A stretch of 64,000 bases of DNA from an uncultured Marinilabiliaceae bacterium (GCA_964635545.1 CAZWOA010000003.1:9229-73228); one strand, 5' to 3'; shown: positions 38,736-50,579, counted from the first letter of the stretch. Notes: generated by a model not told the origin, from the letters alone. A program made the numbers and translations.

Positions 38736-39917
38736 CTACAAAGAATCAACAGCTCTCTTAATACGGTTAAGCCCTTCGGCAACAACCGATTGCGGACAAG
38801 CCACATTCATACGCATATAGCCTCGCCCCTGCTCACCAAACGACATTCCATCATTAAGGCCAACTTCGGCTTTATTATAAAGCAAGTCCCTCAACTTCTC
38901 CTGAGGAAGTCCCAGAGCACTAAAATCAAGCCATAATAGGAAAGTAGCCTCCGGCATTACCATTTTCACAGCCGGAAGATTCTTCTTCAGAAAATCATCA
39001 ACATACCTCATATTATCGCGCACATAGAACAGCAACTCCTTGAGCCAGGGTGCACAATGGTTATACGCCGATTCAAGCGCTATGCTACCATATACATTCC
39101 CTAGGTTAAGATGAAGTGACAGTTGCATCTCGCGATATTTCCCTATCAAATCTTTATTGGCTGAAATAACATACGAAGTATTAAAACCGGCAATATTAAA
39201 AGTTTTGCTTGGCGCCATAAAAGTGAGTGAACTCATGGCAAAATCGTTGTTTATTGCTGCGAATGGCACATGTTTACGACTAGAGAACACCAAATCGGCA
39301 TGAATTTCATCAGAAAAAACAAGAATATTATGCTTCAGGCAAATATTTCCAATCCTGGTTAGTTCTTCCACTGTCCAATCCCTTCCTGTTGGATTATGCG
39401 GATGACAGAGAATGAAAGCTTTTGTATCCGGCCGTGAAGCTAACTCTTCAAAACCATCATAATCAAACACATATTGTCCATCTTCATTCTTCAGCAATGG
39501 ATTTTGAAGCAAATTACGATTATTACTCTTCACCACCGAAAAAAACGGAGGATACACCGGCGGGTTAATAATGACACCATCGCCGGGTTTGGTATGCGCC
39601 AATATTGAGAAAGCCAATGCAGGCACCACGCCCGGGCTATACTCGATCCACGATGGGTCAACACTCCAGTTAAAATTGCTCTTTTGCCATTTTATAATCG
39701 CATCTACAAAAGATTTTAGTCTGATGGTATATCCATAAATTTCGTGGCGTGATCGTTCCTGAATGGTTTTAACCACAGCCGGTGGAGCAGCAAAATCCAT
39801 ATCGGCCACCCAAAGTGGAAGCACATTCCCATTACCAAAAACAGACTCGCGAAGTTCTAATTTGTAGCAATCGGTTTTACTTCTATCAATTACTGAATCA
39901 AAATCGTACATAGTCAT
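38736..39917 (-). CDS. PatB/MalY-type PLP-dependent C-S lyase (class I/II aminotransferase fold)
   Basis: FDSVIDRSKTDCYK, PHNPTGR, SKTFNIAG (PLP Lys). The track ORF opens at 39965, but that extension runs through the upstream terminator hairpin, so the ATG at 39917 (or 39911) is preferred. Confidence 0.85.
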   Translation of the reverse strand: MTMYDFDSVIDRSKTDCYKLELRESVFGNGNVLPLWVADMDFAAPPAVVKTIQERSRHEIYGYTIRLKSFVDAIIKWQKSNFNWSVDPSWIEYSPGVVPALAFSILAHTKPGDGVIINPPVYPPFFSVVKSNNRNLLQNPLLKNEDGQYVFDYDGFEELASRPDTKAFILCHPHNPTGRDWTVEELTRIGNICLKHNILVFSDEIHADLVFSSRKHVPFAAINNDFAMSSLTFMAPSKTFNIAGFNTSYVISANKDLIGKYREMQLSLHLNLGNVYGSIALESAYNHCAPWLKELLFYVRDNMRYVDDFLKKNLPAVKMVMPEATFLLWLDFSALGLPQEKLRDLLYNKAEVGLNDGMSFGEQGRGYMRMNVACPQSVVAEGLNRIKRAVDSL

Positions 39918-39923
39918 AAGTTT

Positions 39924-39950
39924 AAAAAAAGCCCATCGTAAGGATGAGCT
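39924..39950 (-). terminator. Rho-independent terminator after the small lipoprotein gene
   Basis: On the minus strand, agctcatc-cttac-gatgggct (one U-G pair) is followed by T7. Confidence 0.7.
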
Positions 39951-39974
39951 TTTATAAAGATACAAAATTTTTAA

Positions 39975-40388
39975 TCAGTCTATAGTTACATCCACAGTTT
40001 TTGACGTAACGTTGCCTTTTCTATCGGTAACTTCAACCAGCAGTGTATAAACACCCGATTTACTACTATACTCAATAGGTTCGCTAAAAATCTCCTCATT
40101 GGCGTAAGTGATGCTTTTACCACTGATATCACGCACATCGGGCTCGGGTAACCATGCATCCTCAAGACCTTTCAATCCCGATTTATATTCAAGAGAAAAT
40201 GAGATTTTTTTCAATTCCACATCATCAGTTGCAGTTCCTGAAAACGTAAAACTATTGCTTCTTACAAAAGTAGTTTCTGATGTAGGAAAAGTAATTGTTA
40301 GTTGTGGCGCATTATCCTTGTCGCTGCTGCTACACGAAAATGTTACCACTGCAATTACTGCTAAGAGAATAATTTTAAATCGACCCAT
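39975..40388 (-). CDS. Small Ig-fold-like lipoprotein (possibly DUF4625-like), function unknown
   Basis: 137 aa, signal peptide plus lipobox (AVVTFSC), beta-rich. It starts 12 nt after the fcl stop. Confidence 0.7.
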   Translation of the reverse strand: MGRFKIILLAVIAVVTFSCSSSDKDNAPQLTITFPTSETTFVRSNSFTFSGTATDDVELKKISFSLEYKSGLKGLEDAWLPEPDVRDISGKSITYANEEIFSEPIEYSSKSGVYTLLVEVTDRKGNVTSKTVDVTID

Positions 40389-40400
40389 ATTGTGTTTGTT

Positions 40401-41492
40401 TTATTTGTTGCAATAGTGTTGATACACTGATTTTATTCCGCTCTCAAGGCTTATTTTGTATTTCCACCCCAAATCAGCCAAACGACTCACATCCATAAGT
40501 TTACGCATAGTGCCGTCAGGTTTTGAGCTATCCCAATTAAGTGTACCCTCAAATCCGGTAATCTCTTTAACCATATTAGCCAACTGACTGATAGACAAAT
40601 CGGTACCCGATCCAATATTTATATGTGTATTTCTAATCTCGTTGGCGTTTTTATGAGCTACAATATCTTTAAAATCGATATTTTCCATTACAAACACGCA
40701 AGCATCGGCCATATCGTCGGAGTGCAGAAACTCGCGCATGGGAGTACCACTTCCCCACAAATTAACCTCTACCCCATTCCTGCTATTTATGGTAACTCCA
40801 TACTTGGCAAGAATCGATTTTATTGACTCCTCACCGGCATTACCATCCACACCCTCTACCGGGCGGGCATTAAAATCGGCTCTAATAGCCTCCCAATCAT
40901 TACTTTGCAGTGCTTTACCCAAGTGCATCTTCCTGATTAACGCTGGTAACACGTGGCTCTTCTCCAAATCGTAATTATCATTGGGACCATAAAGATTGGT
41001 GGGCATCACCGACACAAAATTGGTACCATATTGAATATTAAACGATTCGCAGAGACGAATACCGGCAATTTTTGCCAGTGCGTAAGGCTCATTGGTATAT
41101 TCAAGTTCATTGGTAAGCAGGTAATCCTCTTTCAGCGGCTGCGGGGCCTCTTTAGGATATATGCATGAACTGCCTAAGAATAGCAACTTTGTGCAACCAT
41201 GACGATGTGCACTTGCTATTACATTATTCTGAATATTAAGATTTTCGAGAATAAAATCGGCTCTATAGATATTATTGGCCATAATGCCACCAACCTTTGC
41301 TGCTGCCAGAAACACATATTCGGGCTTTTCGGCATCAAAGAAGGCATCCACAGCCTTGGCATCGCTAAGGTTTAGCTCGGCATGAGTGCGACCAATGATA
41401 TTGGTATATCCCTTTGACTGTAGGTTTCTAACAATGGCCGAGCCCACTAACCCGCGGTGTCCGGCCACATATATTTTACTGTTTTTTTTCAT
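40401..41492 (-). CDS. fcl: GDP-L-fucose synthase (GDP-4-keto-6-deoxymannose epimerase/reductase)
   Basis: 363 aa, VAGHRGLVGSA Rossmann motif and YALAK catalytic context. Its ATG overlaps the gmd stop by 1 nt (TAATG). Confidence 0.9.
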   Translation of the reverse strand: MKKNSKIYVAGHRGLVGSAIVRNLQSKGYTNIIGRTHAELNLSDAKAVDAFFDAEKPEYVFLAAAKVGGIMANNIYRADFILENLNIQNNVIASAHRHGCTKLLFLGSSCIYPKEAPQPLKEDYLLTNELEYTNEPYALAKIAGIRLCESFNIQYGTNFVSVMPTNLYGPNDNYDLEKSHVLPALIRKMHLGKALQSNDWEAIRADFNARPVEGVDGNAGEESIKSILAKYGVTINSRNGVEVNLWGSGTPMREFLHSDDMADACVFVMENIDFKDIVAHKNANEIRNTHINIGSGTDLSISQLANMVKEITGFEGTLNWDSSKPDGTMRKLMDVSRLADLGWKYKISLESGIKSVYQHYCNK

Positions 41493-42607
41493 TATTCGAA
41501 GTAATTCAGAGTATTAAAACCACCATCTTGCAGGTATTTCTCCTTTTTCATGGTTTTAATATCGCCCTCCATCATATCCTCAATCAACGTATTAAGGTCG
41601 TGTTTAGGTTTCCAGCCCAGTTGTTTCATAGCTTTTTCGGGATTTCCTATAAGCAGTTCCACCTCTGTGGGTCGGAAGTAACGCTCATCAACAGCCACCA
41701 CAACAGTGCCTGCCTTAATCTGGTATTCGGGATTGCTGCAAGACACCACAACACCCTGCTCTTCGACACCTTCACCCTTAAACTCAATCTCAATGCCTAC
41801 ATGTGCAAAAGCCATCTTCACAAAATCGCGCACCTCGGTTGTAATACCGGTAGCCACCACATAATCGTCGGCTACATCCTGCTGAAGCATTAAGTACATA
41901 GCCTCCACATAATCTTTGGCATGTCCCCAGTCGCGCTTGGCCGACAGGTTACCAAGATACAATCTCTCTTGAAGACCAAGAGCAATACGAGCCACGGCAC
42001 GGGTTATTTTTCGAGTTACGAAAGTTTCTCCCCTGATTGGTGATTCGTGGTTGAACAGAATACCATTGCAAGCATAGATATCATAAGCCTCACGGTAATT
42101 CACTGTAATCCAATAGCCATACAACTTAGCCACAGCATAGGGCGAACGAGGATAGAATGGAGTTTTTTCACTTTGTGGCACTTGTTGCACCAATCCGTAC
42201 AGTTCACTGGTTGAAGCCTGGTAGAACTTGGTTTTTTTGGTAAGACCCAAAAGGCGGATTGCTTCCAGAAGACGCAAAGTACCAATACCATCGGCATTTG
42301 CAGTATATTCGGGGGTATCGAAGCTAACACCCACATGGCTCATTGCCGCAAGGTTATATATCTCGTCAGGCTGAATCTCCTGTACAATTCGAATAAGGTT
42401 TGTAGAGTCGGTAAGGTCGCCATAATGAAGAAAGAAGTTACGGTTCTTCTCATGCGGATCCTGATAAAGATGGTCGATACGGTCGGTATTGAACATTGAT
42501 GTACGACGCTTGATACCGTGTACTATATAGCCTTTTTTCAGCAGAAATTCAGCAAGATAGGCCCCATCCTGGCCAGTGATTCCTGTTATAAGTGCAACTT
42601 TTGCCAT
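41492..42607 (-). CDS. gmd: GDP-mannose 4,6-dehydratase
   Basis: 371 aa, [28 protein letters not shown]. Confidence 0.95.
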   Translation of the reverse strand: MAKVALITGITGQDGAYLAEFLLKKGYIVHGIKRRTSMFNTDRIDHLYQDPHEKNRNFFLHYGDLTDSTNLIRIVQEIQPDEIYNLAAMSHVGVSFDTPEYTANADGIGTLRLLEAIRLLGLTKKTKFYQASTSELYGLVQQVPQSEKTPFYPRSPYAVAKLYGYWITVNYREAYDIYACNGILFNHESPIRGETFVTRKITRAVARIALGLQERLYLGNLSAKRDWGHAKDYVEAMYLMLQQDVADDYVVATGITTEVRDFVKMAFAHVGIEIEFKGEGVEEQGVVVSCSNPEYQIKAGTVVVAVDERYFRPTEVELLIGNPEKAMKQLGWKPKHDLNTLIEDMMEGDIKTMKKEKYLQDGGFNTLNYFE

Positions 42608-42740
42608 TTGATTATTCTTACAATTTTTATTACTGAAGACAAAGATAGATTTATGTTTTAATAAAGCCGAATAATTTTCTTCAGAATTAACTATTTTACT
42701 TTATTTTATAGTTAATTTATTTCCTAAACACTAAAAAAGG

Positions 42741-43733
42741 TCATTTAGAAGATGACAAATTCTGCCAATACCAATGAATAGCCTCTTTCAAACCATCTTT
42801 TACACTATATTTTGGTTTATAGCCCAATAGTGACTCAGCTTTTTGTATAGAAGCCAATGAATGAGGTACATCTCCTTTTCTCTCGGGTCCGTAAACAATC
42901 TCAACATCAGCAATTTTAGGATCGTATTGCGACAGAAACTCTTTAAGATACTCAATCAGTTCATTAAGTGAAGTGCGTTCACCGAAAGCCACATTATAAA
43001 CAGTATTATATGCATCGGCACTTTCGGCAACAGCAGCCAGCTCATTGGCCATCAACACATTATCGATATATGTAAAGTCGCGCGAGAAACTACCGTCACC
43101 ATTTACAACAGGCGATTGGTGGTTAATAAGCGACTTAACGAATTTAGGTATCACTGCAGCATAAGCACCATCCGGATCCTGGCGGCGGCCAAAAACATTA
43201 AAATATCGCAAGCCTGTAATTTGCATTCCATACAGTTTTGCAAAAACATCGGCATAAAGTTCATTTACATATTTTGTTATGGCATAGGGCGACAATGGCT
43301 TACCTATAACATCCTCAACCTTAGGCATTGACGTGCTATCGCCATAGGTTGATGAGCTGGCGGCATACACAAATCGTTTAACACCTGCATCGCGTGCAGC
43401 AACCAGCATATTAAGGAATCCGCCCACATTTACATCATTGGAAGTGATGGGGTCGTTGATTGAGCGTGGCACCGAGCCAAGCGCAGCCTGGTGAAACACC
43501 ACCGAAACGCCATCTACTGCTTTACGGCACTGCTCTATATCTCTAATATCGCCTTCGATAAGGGTGAAGTTTTTATTTGCCATGTATCCGGCAAGATTTT
43601 CGCGTTTACCGGTTGCAAAATTATCGAGGCAAATAACCTCATTACCTTGGTTTAGAAACTTATCCACCAGATTGGATCCTATAAATCCGGCACCGCCAGT
43701 AACCAGTACTTTTTGATTTTTTAATATGCTCAC
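42741..43733 (-). CDS. SDR-family NAD-dependent nucleotide-sugar epimerase (WbpP/TviC-like UDP-GlcNAc 4-epimerase type)
   Basis: 330 aa, [20 protein letters not shown]. Confidence 0.85.
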   Translation of the reverse strand: MSILKNQKVLVTGGAGFIGSNLVDKFLNQGNEVICLDNFATGKRENLAGYMANKNFTLIEGDIRDIEQCRKAVDGVSVVFHQAALGSVPRSINDPITSNDVNVGGFLNMLVAARDAGVKRFVYAASSSTYGDSTSMPKVEDVIGKPLSPYAITKYVNELYADVFAKLYGMQITGLRYFNVFGRRQDPDGAYAAVIPKFVKSLINHQSPVVNGDGSFSRDFTYIDNVLMANELAAVAESADAYNTVYNVAFGERTSLNELIEYLKEFLSQYDPKIADVEIVYGPERKGDVPHSLASIQKAESLLGYKPKYSVKDGLKEAIHWYWQNLSSSK

Positions 43734-43962
43734 AGTGTTCTATTTTTTTTTACAAAAATAAGATTGTTTGAGTTTTACCGCCACTTTTAATCTTTTAATT
43801 GACTAAATGACATCTTCAATTCATCAATGAGGATTTTTCTACAATTAAAAAAGCTCTGAATACCATCCATTAAAGCTTAATTTCGAAATGTATAAGCCCA
43901 AAATATTTCAGATTGAGTTTCTGAGAATTAAATAATTCTAAAATTTCTTAGGAAGAAATACA

Positions 43963-44002
43963 AAGAAAAAGAGGGTGCCTTAGACTTTTTAGACACCCTC
44001 TT
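43963..44002 (-). terminator. Terminator after rny
   Basis: Stem agagggtg/caccctct (43970-43977 and 43994-44001) with a 16-nt loop. On the minus strand it is followed by tttttctttg. Confidence 0.65.
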
Positions 44003-44025
44003 TTATAAAAACATTCAAATTCAAG

Positions 44026-45555
44026 TTATTTGGCATAGCTTACCGCGCGTGTCTCACGTATAACGGTAATTTTCACCTGACCGGGATAAGTCATCTCAGT
44101 CTGTATTTTACGGGCCAGGTCGAATGATAAACTTTCGGCCTCTTTATCGTTCATTTTTTCGCTACCCACAATCACCCTTAGCTCGCGACCTGCCTGAATG
44201 GCATAGGTTTTAAGAACTCCCGGGTAAGAGAGTGCCAGATTCTCAAGGTCGTTAAGTCGTTTGATATACGACTCTATGATTTCGCGACGGGCACCGGGGC
44301 GTGCACCCGAAATGGCATCACACACCTGCACGATTGGAGCCAGCATAGTGCTCATCTCCACCTCGTCGTGGTGCGCACCAATGGCATTACAAATCTCTGG
44401 TTTCTCCTTATATTTCTCGGCAAGTTTCATACCCAGTATTGCGTGTGGCAATTCAGGCTCCTCATCCGATACTTTACCTATATCGTGAAGCAAACCGGCA
44501 CGTTTAGCCTTCTTCGGATTCAGACCAAGCTCGGAAGCCATCACAGCACATAAGTTGGCAGTCTCGCGCGAGTGCTGCAGCAAGTTTTGGCCATATGACG
44601 AGCGATACTTCATCTTACCCACAAGTTTTATCAATTCGGGGTGCAGACCATGTATTCCAAGGTCGATGGCAGTACGCTTACCGGTTTCGATAATCTCCTC
44701 TTCCACCTGTTTGCGCACCTTATTAACAACCTCCTCAATACGTGCTGGGTGAATACGGCCGTCGGTAACAAGTTGGTGAAGAGCCAGGCGGGCAACCTCA
44801 CGGCGCATTGGGTCGAATGCCGATAGCACAATAGCTTCGGGGGTATCATCAACAATAATTTCAACGCCTGTAGCAGCCTCAAGAGCACGTATGTTACGAC
44901 CTTCACGGCCGATAATACGCCCCTTAATTTCATCGGAGTCGATATGGAAAATGGTAACCGAGTTTTCGATAGCCGTTTCGGTAGCCACACGTTGAATTGT
45001 TTGAAGCACAATACGTTTAGACTCCTTAGTTGCATTAATTTTGGCCTCATCCATAATATCATTTATCATGGACATAGCCTCAGTACGGGCTTCGGCTTTC
45101 ATGCTCTCTATAAGCATCTCTTTAGCCTCTTCGCCGGTCAATCCCGATAGAGTTTCAAGTTTTTCAACCTGCTGACGGTGAAGTCTGTCTATCTCCTCAT
45201 TTCTTTTATCAAGCAGTTCAAGCTGATTATCAAGGTTTTCCTTAATCAGATCAGTCTCTTTTTTCTTCCTTTGCAACTCCTCCATTCTTTGATTGAAAAC
45301 TACCTCTTTCTGTTTCATTTTATTCTCAGAGGCAAGAATTTTAGAGTTGCGTGAATTGATTTCCTTCTCGTGCTCGCTTTTTAGTTGTAAAAATTTCTCT
45401 TTGGCCTGTAGAATCTTATCTTTCTTTATAACCTCGGCCTCCGTTTCCGCATCTCTAATGATACGTCTGTTGCGTGAACGGAGTGCTTTTGCATATAGAA
45501 TCCATGAAATTCCACTACCCAATAGAAATGCACCTATTCCTATAAGTATTTCCAT
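44026..45555 (-). CDS. rny: Ribonuclease Y
   Basis: N-terminal TM helix ([20 protein letters not shown]), coiled coil, KH domain ([15 protein letters not shown]) and HD domain (LLHDIGK). The track ORF opens at 45609, but the ATG at 45555 is preferred. Confidence 0.95.
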   Translation of the reverse strand: MEILIGIGAFLLGSGISWILYAKALRSRNRRIIRDAETEAEVIKKDKILQAKEKFLQLKSEHEKEINSRNSKILASENKMKQKEVVFNQRMEELQRKKKETDLIKENLDNQLELLDKRNEEIDRLHRQQVEKLETLSGLTGEEAKEMLIESMKAEARTEAMSMINDIMDEAKINATKESKRIVLQTIQRVATETAIENSVTIFHIDSDEIKGRIIGREGRNIRALEAATGVEIIVDDTPEAIVLSAFDPMRREVARLALHQLVTDGRIHPARIEEVVNKVRKQVEEEIIETGKRTAIDLGIHGLHPELIKLVGKMKYRSSYGQNLLQHSRETANLCAVMASELGLNPKKAKRAGLLHDIGKVSDEEPELPHAILGMKLAEKYKEKPEICNAIGAHHDEVEMSTMLAPIVQVCDAISGARPGARREIIESYIKRLNDLENLALSYPGVLKTYAIQAGRELRVIVGSEKMNDKEAESLSFDLARKIQTEMTYPGQVKITVIRETRAVSYAK

Positions 45556-45692
45556 GTCGTATTCGAAAAAAATATTTATTAAATATATGAAAAAAACAAA
45601 AAACCGCAAAATATACTAGAAAGTCAACATAGAAAACTCTCTATGCCGATTTCACGGTATATGATGCGGGTAATAATATTTATATATAAACA

Positions 45693-45983
45693 CTAAATAT
45701 CCTGAAGTATCTGCTCCAATCTATCGTTAAGGTCTTGAACTGCACTTACTACGGGCGTATCATCGGCCTTGCTCTCCAGTTCAAGCAGTTTTATAACAAA
45801 TTGCAGAAGTGCCATCGACAGGCAATCCTGATCATCTTTATCTGAATATCTTTGTTTATATGAAGTGACCTTTTCATTAATCAGTTTCACCGCCAGACGA
45901 ATCCGTTCTTCATCTGCACGGTCGATCCTAAGCGGATAAATCCGCTCGCCAATTTTAACATTTATGGGCAATCTACTATCCAT
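45693..45983 (-). CDS. zapA: Cell division protein ZapA
   Basis: 96 aa, INVKIGERIYPLRIDRADEERIRLAVKLINEKV. Confidence 0.85.
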   Translation of the reverse strand: MDSRLPINVKIGERIYPLRIDRADEERIRLAVKLINEKVTSYKQRYSDKDDQDCLSMALLQFVIKLLELESKADDTPVVSAVQDLNDRLEQILQDI

Positions 45984-45992
45984 CTGATTAAA

Positions 45993-46286
45993 TTATCGGT
46001 TCAAGAGTGCTATGCACTTATCAATTTCCCGCACTATTTTATCAATTCTCTTTTTTGTGTCGGATGCTTCATCGCCATCACCCACAAAATTACGAGACAT
46101 CCGGTAGATATTAAATTTCTCATCAAGCTCCACATAAGCTTTATTGGCATCATCAAGCTTCTTAAGAAGCTCTGCCTTTTCGCTCTCCAACTCACTAACT
46201 TGATGCTTAAGAGACGCATAGCGCACAGTAAGCTTTTCAACATTAGTTGTCAGACGTGTTACTAATTCAAGATTAATATCTGCCAT
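45993..46286 (-). CDS. Small coiled-coil protein upstream of zapA (ZapB-like by position)
   Basis: 97 aa with heptad-rich sequence, 9 nt upstream of zapA. Confidence 0.6.
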   Translation of the reverse strand: MADINLELVTRLTTNVEKLTVRYASLKHQVSELESEKAELLKKLDDANKAYVELDEKFNIYRMSRNFVGDGDEASDTKKRIDKIVREIDKCIALLNR

Positions 46287-46433
46287 AATAGTTTTTTACA
46301 CTACAAAGTTAACATTGCATTTATAATATAAAAATATTAGACCACACTTTTAGCACATATTTATTAATTTTGCATCGAAAAGTTACATATTTCAAATGCT
46401 TATCCAATGAGCTTTTGATTACTCTTTATTAAG

Positions 46434-48353
46434 ATGCATAATTACCCACATATTTCGGAGTGGCTACCCACTACAGCCAAAGAGGTTGATGAACGCGGCT
46501 GGAACGACCTTGACGTGATTCTTTTTACAGGTGATGCCTATGTTGACCATCCATCATTCGGCGCAGCTGTAATCGGGCGAATAATTGAAGCTCAAGGCCT
46601 TAAGGTGGCTTTAGTGCCTCAGCCCAACTGGCGTGATGACCTTCGCGACTTTAAGAAACTGGGCACACCTAAACTGTTTTTTGGTGTTACTGCCGGAAAT
46701 ATGGACTCGATGGTGAATCATTATACAGCCAACCGTCGCCGTCGCTCGGATGACGCATATACGCCCGACGGCAAAGCAGGTTTCCGCCCCGATTATGCTG
46801 CAGTTATATACTCCAACATTTTAAAACAGTTATATCCCGATGTGCCTGTAGTGATAGGCGGCATTGAAGCATCGTTGCGCAGAGTTACACATTTCGACTA
46901 TTGGTCGGATAAACTGCGACCAAGCATACTGGCCGACTCTAAAGCCGATTTGCTGGTTTATGGAATGGGTGAACAGCCACTACAGGAGATATTGAGGCTG
47001 CTGAAAAGAGGCGTGCCTTTCAACTCATTAACCACCATTCCACAAACGGCAATAATGCGCCCCCTATCAGAGGAGCTGCCAAAGAATAAAAACTGGAACA
47101 CAATTGAACTTTTTTCGCACGAAGATTGCCTTAAAGACAAGCTTTGCTACGCCAAAAACTTTAAAAACGTGGAGCAGGAATCCAATAGTTATGAGGCATC
47201 AAGGCTGACCCAAAACGTGGGTAACAACCGCATCATAATAAATCCGCCATACCCACCCATGACCAGTGGCGAGCTCGATAAATCGTTTGACCTGCCCTAC
47301 ACCAGGCTTCCACATCCGCGCTATAACAAGAAAGGAGCAATTCCAGCTTATGAGATGATAAAATTCTCGATAAATATGCACCGCGGATGTTTTGGAGGTT
47401 GCAGTTTTTGCACCATTTCGGCTCATCAGGGAAAATTCATAGCATCACGATCGGCACAATCGATAATAAAAGAGGCCGAAAAGATGACTCAAATGCCCGA
47501 TTTCAAAGGATATATTAGCGATCTTGGCGGTCCGAGTGCCAATATGTACCGCATGCAGGGGCGCGACCTCGAGCAGTGCCATAAATGCCTTAGGCCGTCG
47601 TGCATCTTCCCTTCGGTATGTGCCAATCTGGATACCGACCATAGCGCCCTCACCGATATTTACAAGAAAGTAAGCAAAATCGAAGGAGTTAAAAAGGCAT
47701 TTATCGGAAGTGGTATCAGGTATGATATGCTATTGAACGACAAAGCGACAGAGCAGGAGAAGAAGAGTCACAAGACATATATGCACCAGCTGATAACCCA
47801 TCACGTATCGGGCAGACTTAAAGTTGCACCTGAACACACATCAGATAAAGTACTGAAAATGATGCGCAAACCATCATTCGATTTATTTAAGCGATTCAGC
47901 AAGGAGTTTCATGACATCAATAAAAAAGAGGGACTCAACCAACAGTTGATACCTTACTTCATATCGAGTCACCCGGCAAGCGAGGAGGTGGATATGGCGC
48001 ATCTTGCAGCCGAAACTAACGAACTGAATTTCAAGCTTGAACAGGTGCAGGATTTAACCCCTACCCCAATGACAGTTTCTACAGTTATTTACTATTCGGG
48101 CGTTCACCCATATACGTTAAAGCCAGTATTCACAGCTCGCACGCAAGATGAGAAGCTGCAACAGAGGATGTATTTCTTTTGGTATAAGCCTGAGTATAAG
48201 CACAAAATAGAAAAACGACTTATAAGCCTCAATCAGCACGAATTGGTAAAAAAATTGTTTTCATCGGATAAAAAGGTAGAAAACCCTCCTTTTAGAAGTT
48301 GCAAACAGAGCAAACGACCTTATCAAAATCAGAAAAGAGGATATAAATCATAA
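46434..48353 (+). CDS. ygiQ: YgiQ-family (UPF0313) radical SAM protein
   Basis: 639 aa, HRGCFGGCSFC radical-SAM cluster motif and a basic C-terminal tail. Confidence 0.9.
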   Translation: MHNYPHISEWLPTTAKEVDERGWNDLDVILFTGDAYVDHPSFGAAVIGRIIEAQGLKVALVPQPNWRDDLRDFKKLGTPKLFFGVTAGNMDSMVNHYTANRRRRSDDAYTPDGKAGFRPDYAAVIYSNILKQLYPDVPVVIGGIEASLRRVTHFDYWSDKLRPSILADSKADLLVYGMGEQPLQEILRLLKRGVPFNSLTTIPQTAIMRPLSEELPKNKNWNTIELFSHEDCLKDKLCYAKNFKNVEQESNSYEASRLTQNVGNNRIIINPPYPPMTSGELDKSFDLPYTRLPHPRYNKKGAIPAYEMIKFSINMHRGCFGGCSFCTISAHQGKFIASRSAQSIIKEAEKMTQMPDFKGYISDLGGPSANMYRMQGRDLEQCHKCLRPSCIFPSVCANLDTDHSALTDIYKKVSKIEGVKKAFIGSGIRYDMLLNDKATEQEKKSHKTYMHQLITHHVSGRLKVAPEHTSDKVLKMMRKPSFDLFKRFSKEFHDINKKEGLNQQLIPYFISSHPASEEVDMAHLAAETNELNFKLEQVQDLTPTPMTVSTVIYYSGVHPYTLKPVFTARTQDEKLQQRMYFFWYKPEYKHKIEKRLISLNQHELVKKLFSSDKKVENPPFRSCKQSKRPYQNQKRGYKS

Positions 48354-48463
48354 AAACAATTTGTTATTTTTTGGTTTATTTCTGATGATGCTAAATTTGA
48401 ATTAATTACTTTTGAAACAAAGACTTTTATAACACAAAAACTTAATTATTAAACATTTAACAG

Positions 48464-50506
48464 ATGATAAAGAACAAACTCATAGTGCTTTCAATTATTG
48501 GAGCGGCCACACTTGCAGGCTGTGCAACAAAGCAGGAGGCCGAGAGCAAATTTGCATCATTCACAGCCGAAAACATGGACTTAACTGTTGACCCATCAGT
48601 TGATTTTTACCAATATGCCAATGGTGGCTGGATGAAACAACACCCGCTACCGGATGATAAAAGCCGATATGGTGCCTTTGACATGCTGGCAGAGGAGAAC
48701 CGCGACAAAGTTAAAATTGTGATTGAACAGGCAGCCAAAGAGAGTGGAGAAAAAGGCAGCGTTAGTCAGCAAATCGGCGATTTATATGCCAGCGGGCTCA
48801 ACATCGAACTGCGCAATAGCCTAGGATCGGAACCAATTAAACCACTTCTTGACAAAGTGAGTGAAGTTAGCAGTAAAAGCGAATTGACTTCGATAATTGC
48901 CTATCTGCATAAACAACAAATCAACCCATTTTTCTTTTTCTACAGTAGCCCCGACCAAAAAAACAGCAATATGGTTATTGGCGGCATCTACCAAGGTGGA
49001 TTGGGACTGCCCGACCGCGATTACTACGTAGAGGGTGGTGAAAGAGCAGAAAAAATACGCAGCAGCTATTCAACATACCTAAACACACTCTACACACTAA
49101 CAGGAGCCACACAAGACGAGGCATCAGCAAAAACCAATGAGATAGTAGAGTTTGAAACCAAACTAGCCAACATATCCAACACACGCCTTGAAAACCGTGA
49201 CCCACAGGCCACATATAACAAGATGAATGTTGCTGACCTAAGCAAAATTTCACCTGCCATCAACTGGAATGAGTATGTTAGCCTATTGGGTGTTGATGCA
49301 AACGTGGAAATTGATGTTGCCCAACCAAAATACATGGCATCAATTTCAGAAATAATTGCAAATACAGATATTGAAGTCATCAAAGACTATCTTCAGATAA
49401 GCATCATTCGTTCGGCAGCGTCATACCTATCATCCGATTTTGAAGAGGCTGCATTTGAGCTATATGGCAAAGTACTTTCAGGCAGTCAGGCCATAGAGCC
49501 ACTTTGGAAACGAGTGCTCAACACAACCAGTAACGCATTGGGTGAAGCGGTTGGGCAGCTATATGTTAAGCAGTTTTTCCCACAGGCAGCCAAAAACAGA
49601 ATGGAAGTTTTGGTAGAAAACCTGCGTATTGCATTTGGACATAGAATAGACCAACTTGACTGGATGAGCAGTGAAACAAAGAAAGAGGCTCATGAAAAAC
49701 TTGCAACCATAAGCGTTAAAATTGGCTATCCCAACAAATGGCGCGACTACTCTGCACTGGAGATAAACAAAGATAAGTATTTCGAAAACATACTGGCTAG
49801 CAATAAGTTGGATGTAGAGTTTCAACTATCTAAAATTGGCAAACCGGTTGATAAAGAGGAGTGGCTAATGAACCCACAAACAGTAAATGCCTATTACAAC
49901 CCGGTAGCCAACGAGATTGTGTTTCCGGCTGCAATATTACAACCTCCATTCTTCTATGCCGAGGGTGATGATGCAGTAAATTACGGTGCTATTGGAGTGG
50001 TGATTGGCCATGAGATGACACACGGCTTTGATGACCAAGGTCGCCAATACGACAAGATTGGTAACCTAAATGACTGGTGGTTGGCTGAAGATGCAGATAA
50101 CTTTAATAGTAAAACCCAAGTGCTAGTTAATAGATATAACTCGTTTACTGCTATAGATACACTTAAGGCAGATGGCGAACTAACACTGGGTGAGAACATT
50201 GCCGACTTTGGTGGTCTTAATATTTCGTATGAAGCATTCATTAACAGCAATGAAAACGCACTTGCTGCCGAACCTATTGATGGTTTCACTGCACAGCAGC
50301 GTTTTGTGCTTGCCTATGCACGCATATGGGCACAGAACATAAGAGATGAAGAGGTTTACCGCCGCACCAAGGAAGATGTTCACTCGCTTGGTAAATGGAG
50401 AGTAAACGGCCCGCTACCGATATTTGAGCCATTCTACGAAGCATTCAACATACCGGAAGGATCACCAATGTATGTTCCTATTGAAGACAGACCGGTAATA
50501 TGGTAA
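48464..50506 (+). CDS. M13-family zinc metallopeptidase (neprilysin/PepO-like) lipoprotein
   Basis: 680 aa, lipobox LAGC, HEMTHGFD zinc motif and downstream ENIAD. Confidence 0.92.
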   Translation: MIKNKLIVLSIIGAATLAGCATKQEAESKFASFTAENMDLTVDPSVDFYQYANGGWMKQHPLPDDKSRYGAFDMLAEENRDKVKIVIEQAAKESGEKGSVSQQIGDLYASGLNIELRNSLGSEPIKPLLDKVSEVSSKSELTSIIAYLHKQQINPFFFFYSSPDQKNSNMVIGGIYQGGLGLPDRDYYVEGGERAEKIRSSYSTYLNTLYTLTGATQDEASAKTNEIVEFETKLANISNTRLENRDPQATYNKMNVADLSKISPAINWNEYVSLLGVDANVEIDVAQPKYMASISEIIANTDIEVIKDYLQISIIRSAASYLSSDFEEAAFELYGKVLSGSQAIEPLWKRVLNTTSNALGEAVGQLYVKQFFPQAAKNRMEVLVENLRIAFGHRIDQLDWMSSETKKEAHEKLATISVKIGYPNKWRDYSALEINKDKYFENILASNKLDVEFQLSKIGKPVDKEEWLMNPQTVNAYYNPVANEIVFPAAILQPPFFYAEGDDAVNYGAIGVVIGHEMTHGFDDQGRQYDKIGNLNDWWLAEDADNFNSKTQVLVNRYNSFTAIDTLKADGELTLGENIADFGGLNISYEAFINSNENALAAEPIDGFTAQQRFVLAYARIWAQNIRDEEVYRRTKEDVHSLGKWRVNGPLPIFEPFYEAFNIPEGSPMYVPIEDRPVIW

Positions 50507-50545
50507 TTTAATTCCATTAGCGGATTTTATTCTGATAAATTTCAT

Positions 50546-50579
50546 GCAGCTCTTCGAATTACGGGGAGCTGTTTTTTTT
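50546..50579 (+). terminator. Rho-independent terminator after the M13 peptidase gene
   Basis: Stem cagctc/gagctg (50547-50552 and 50566-50571) followed by T8. Confidence 0.7.
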
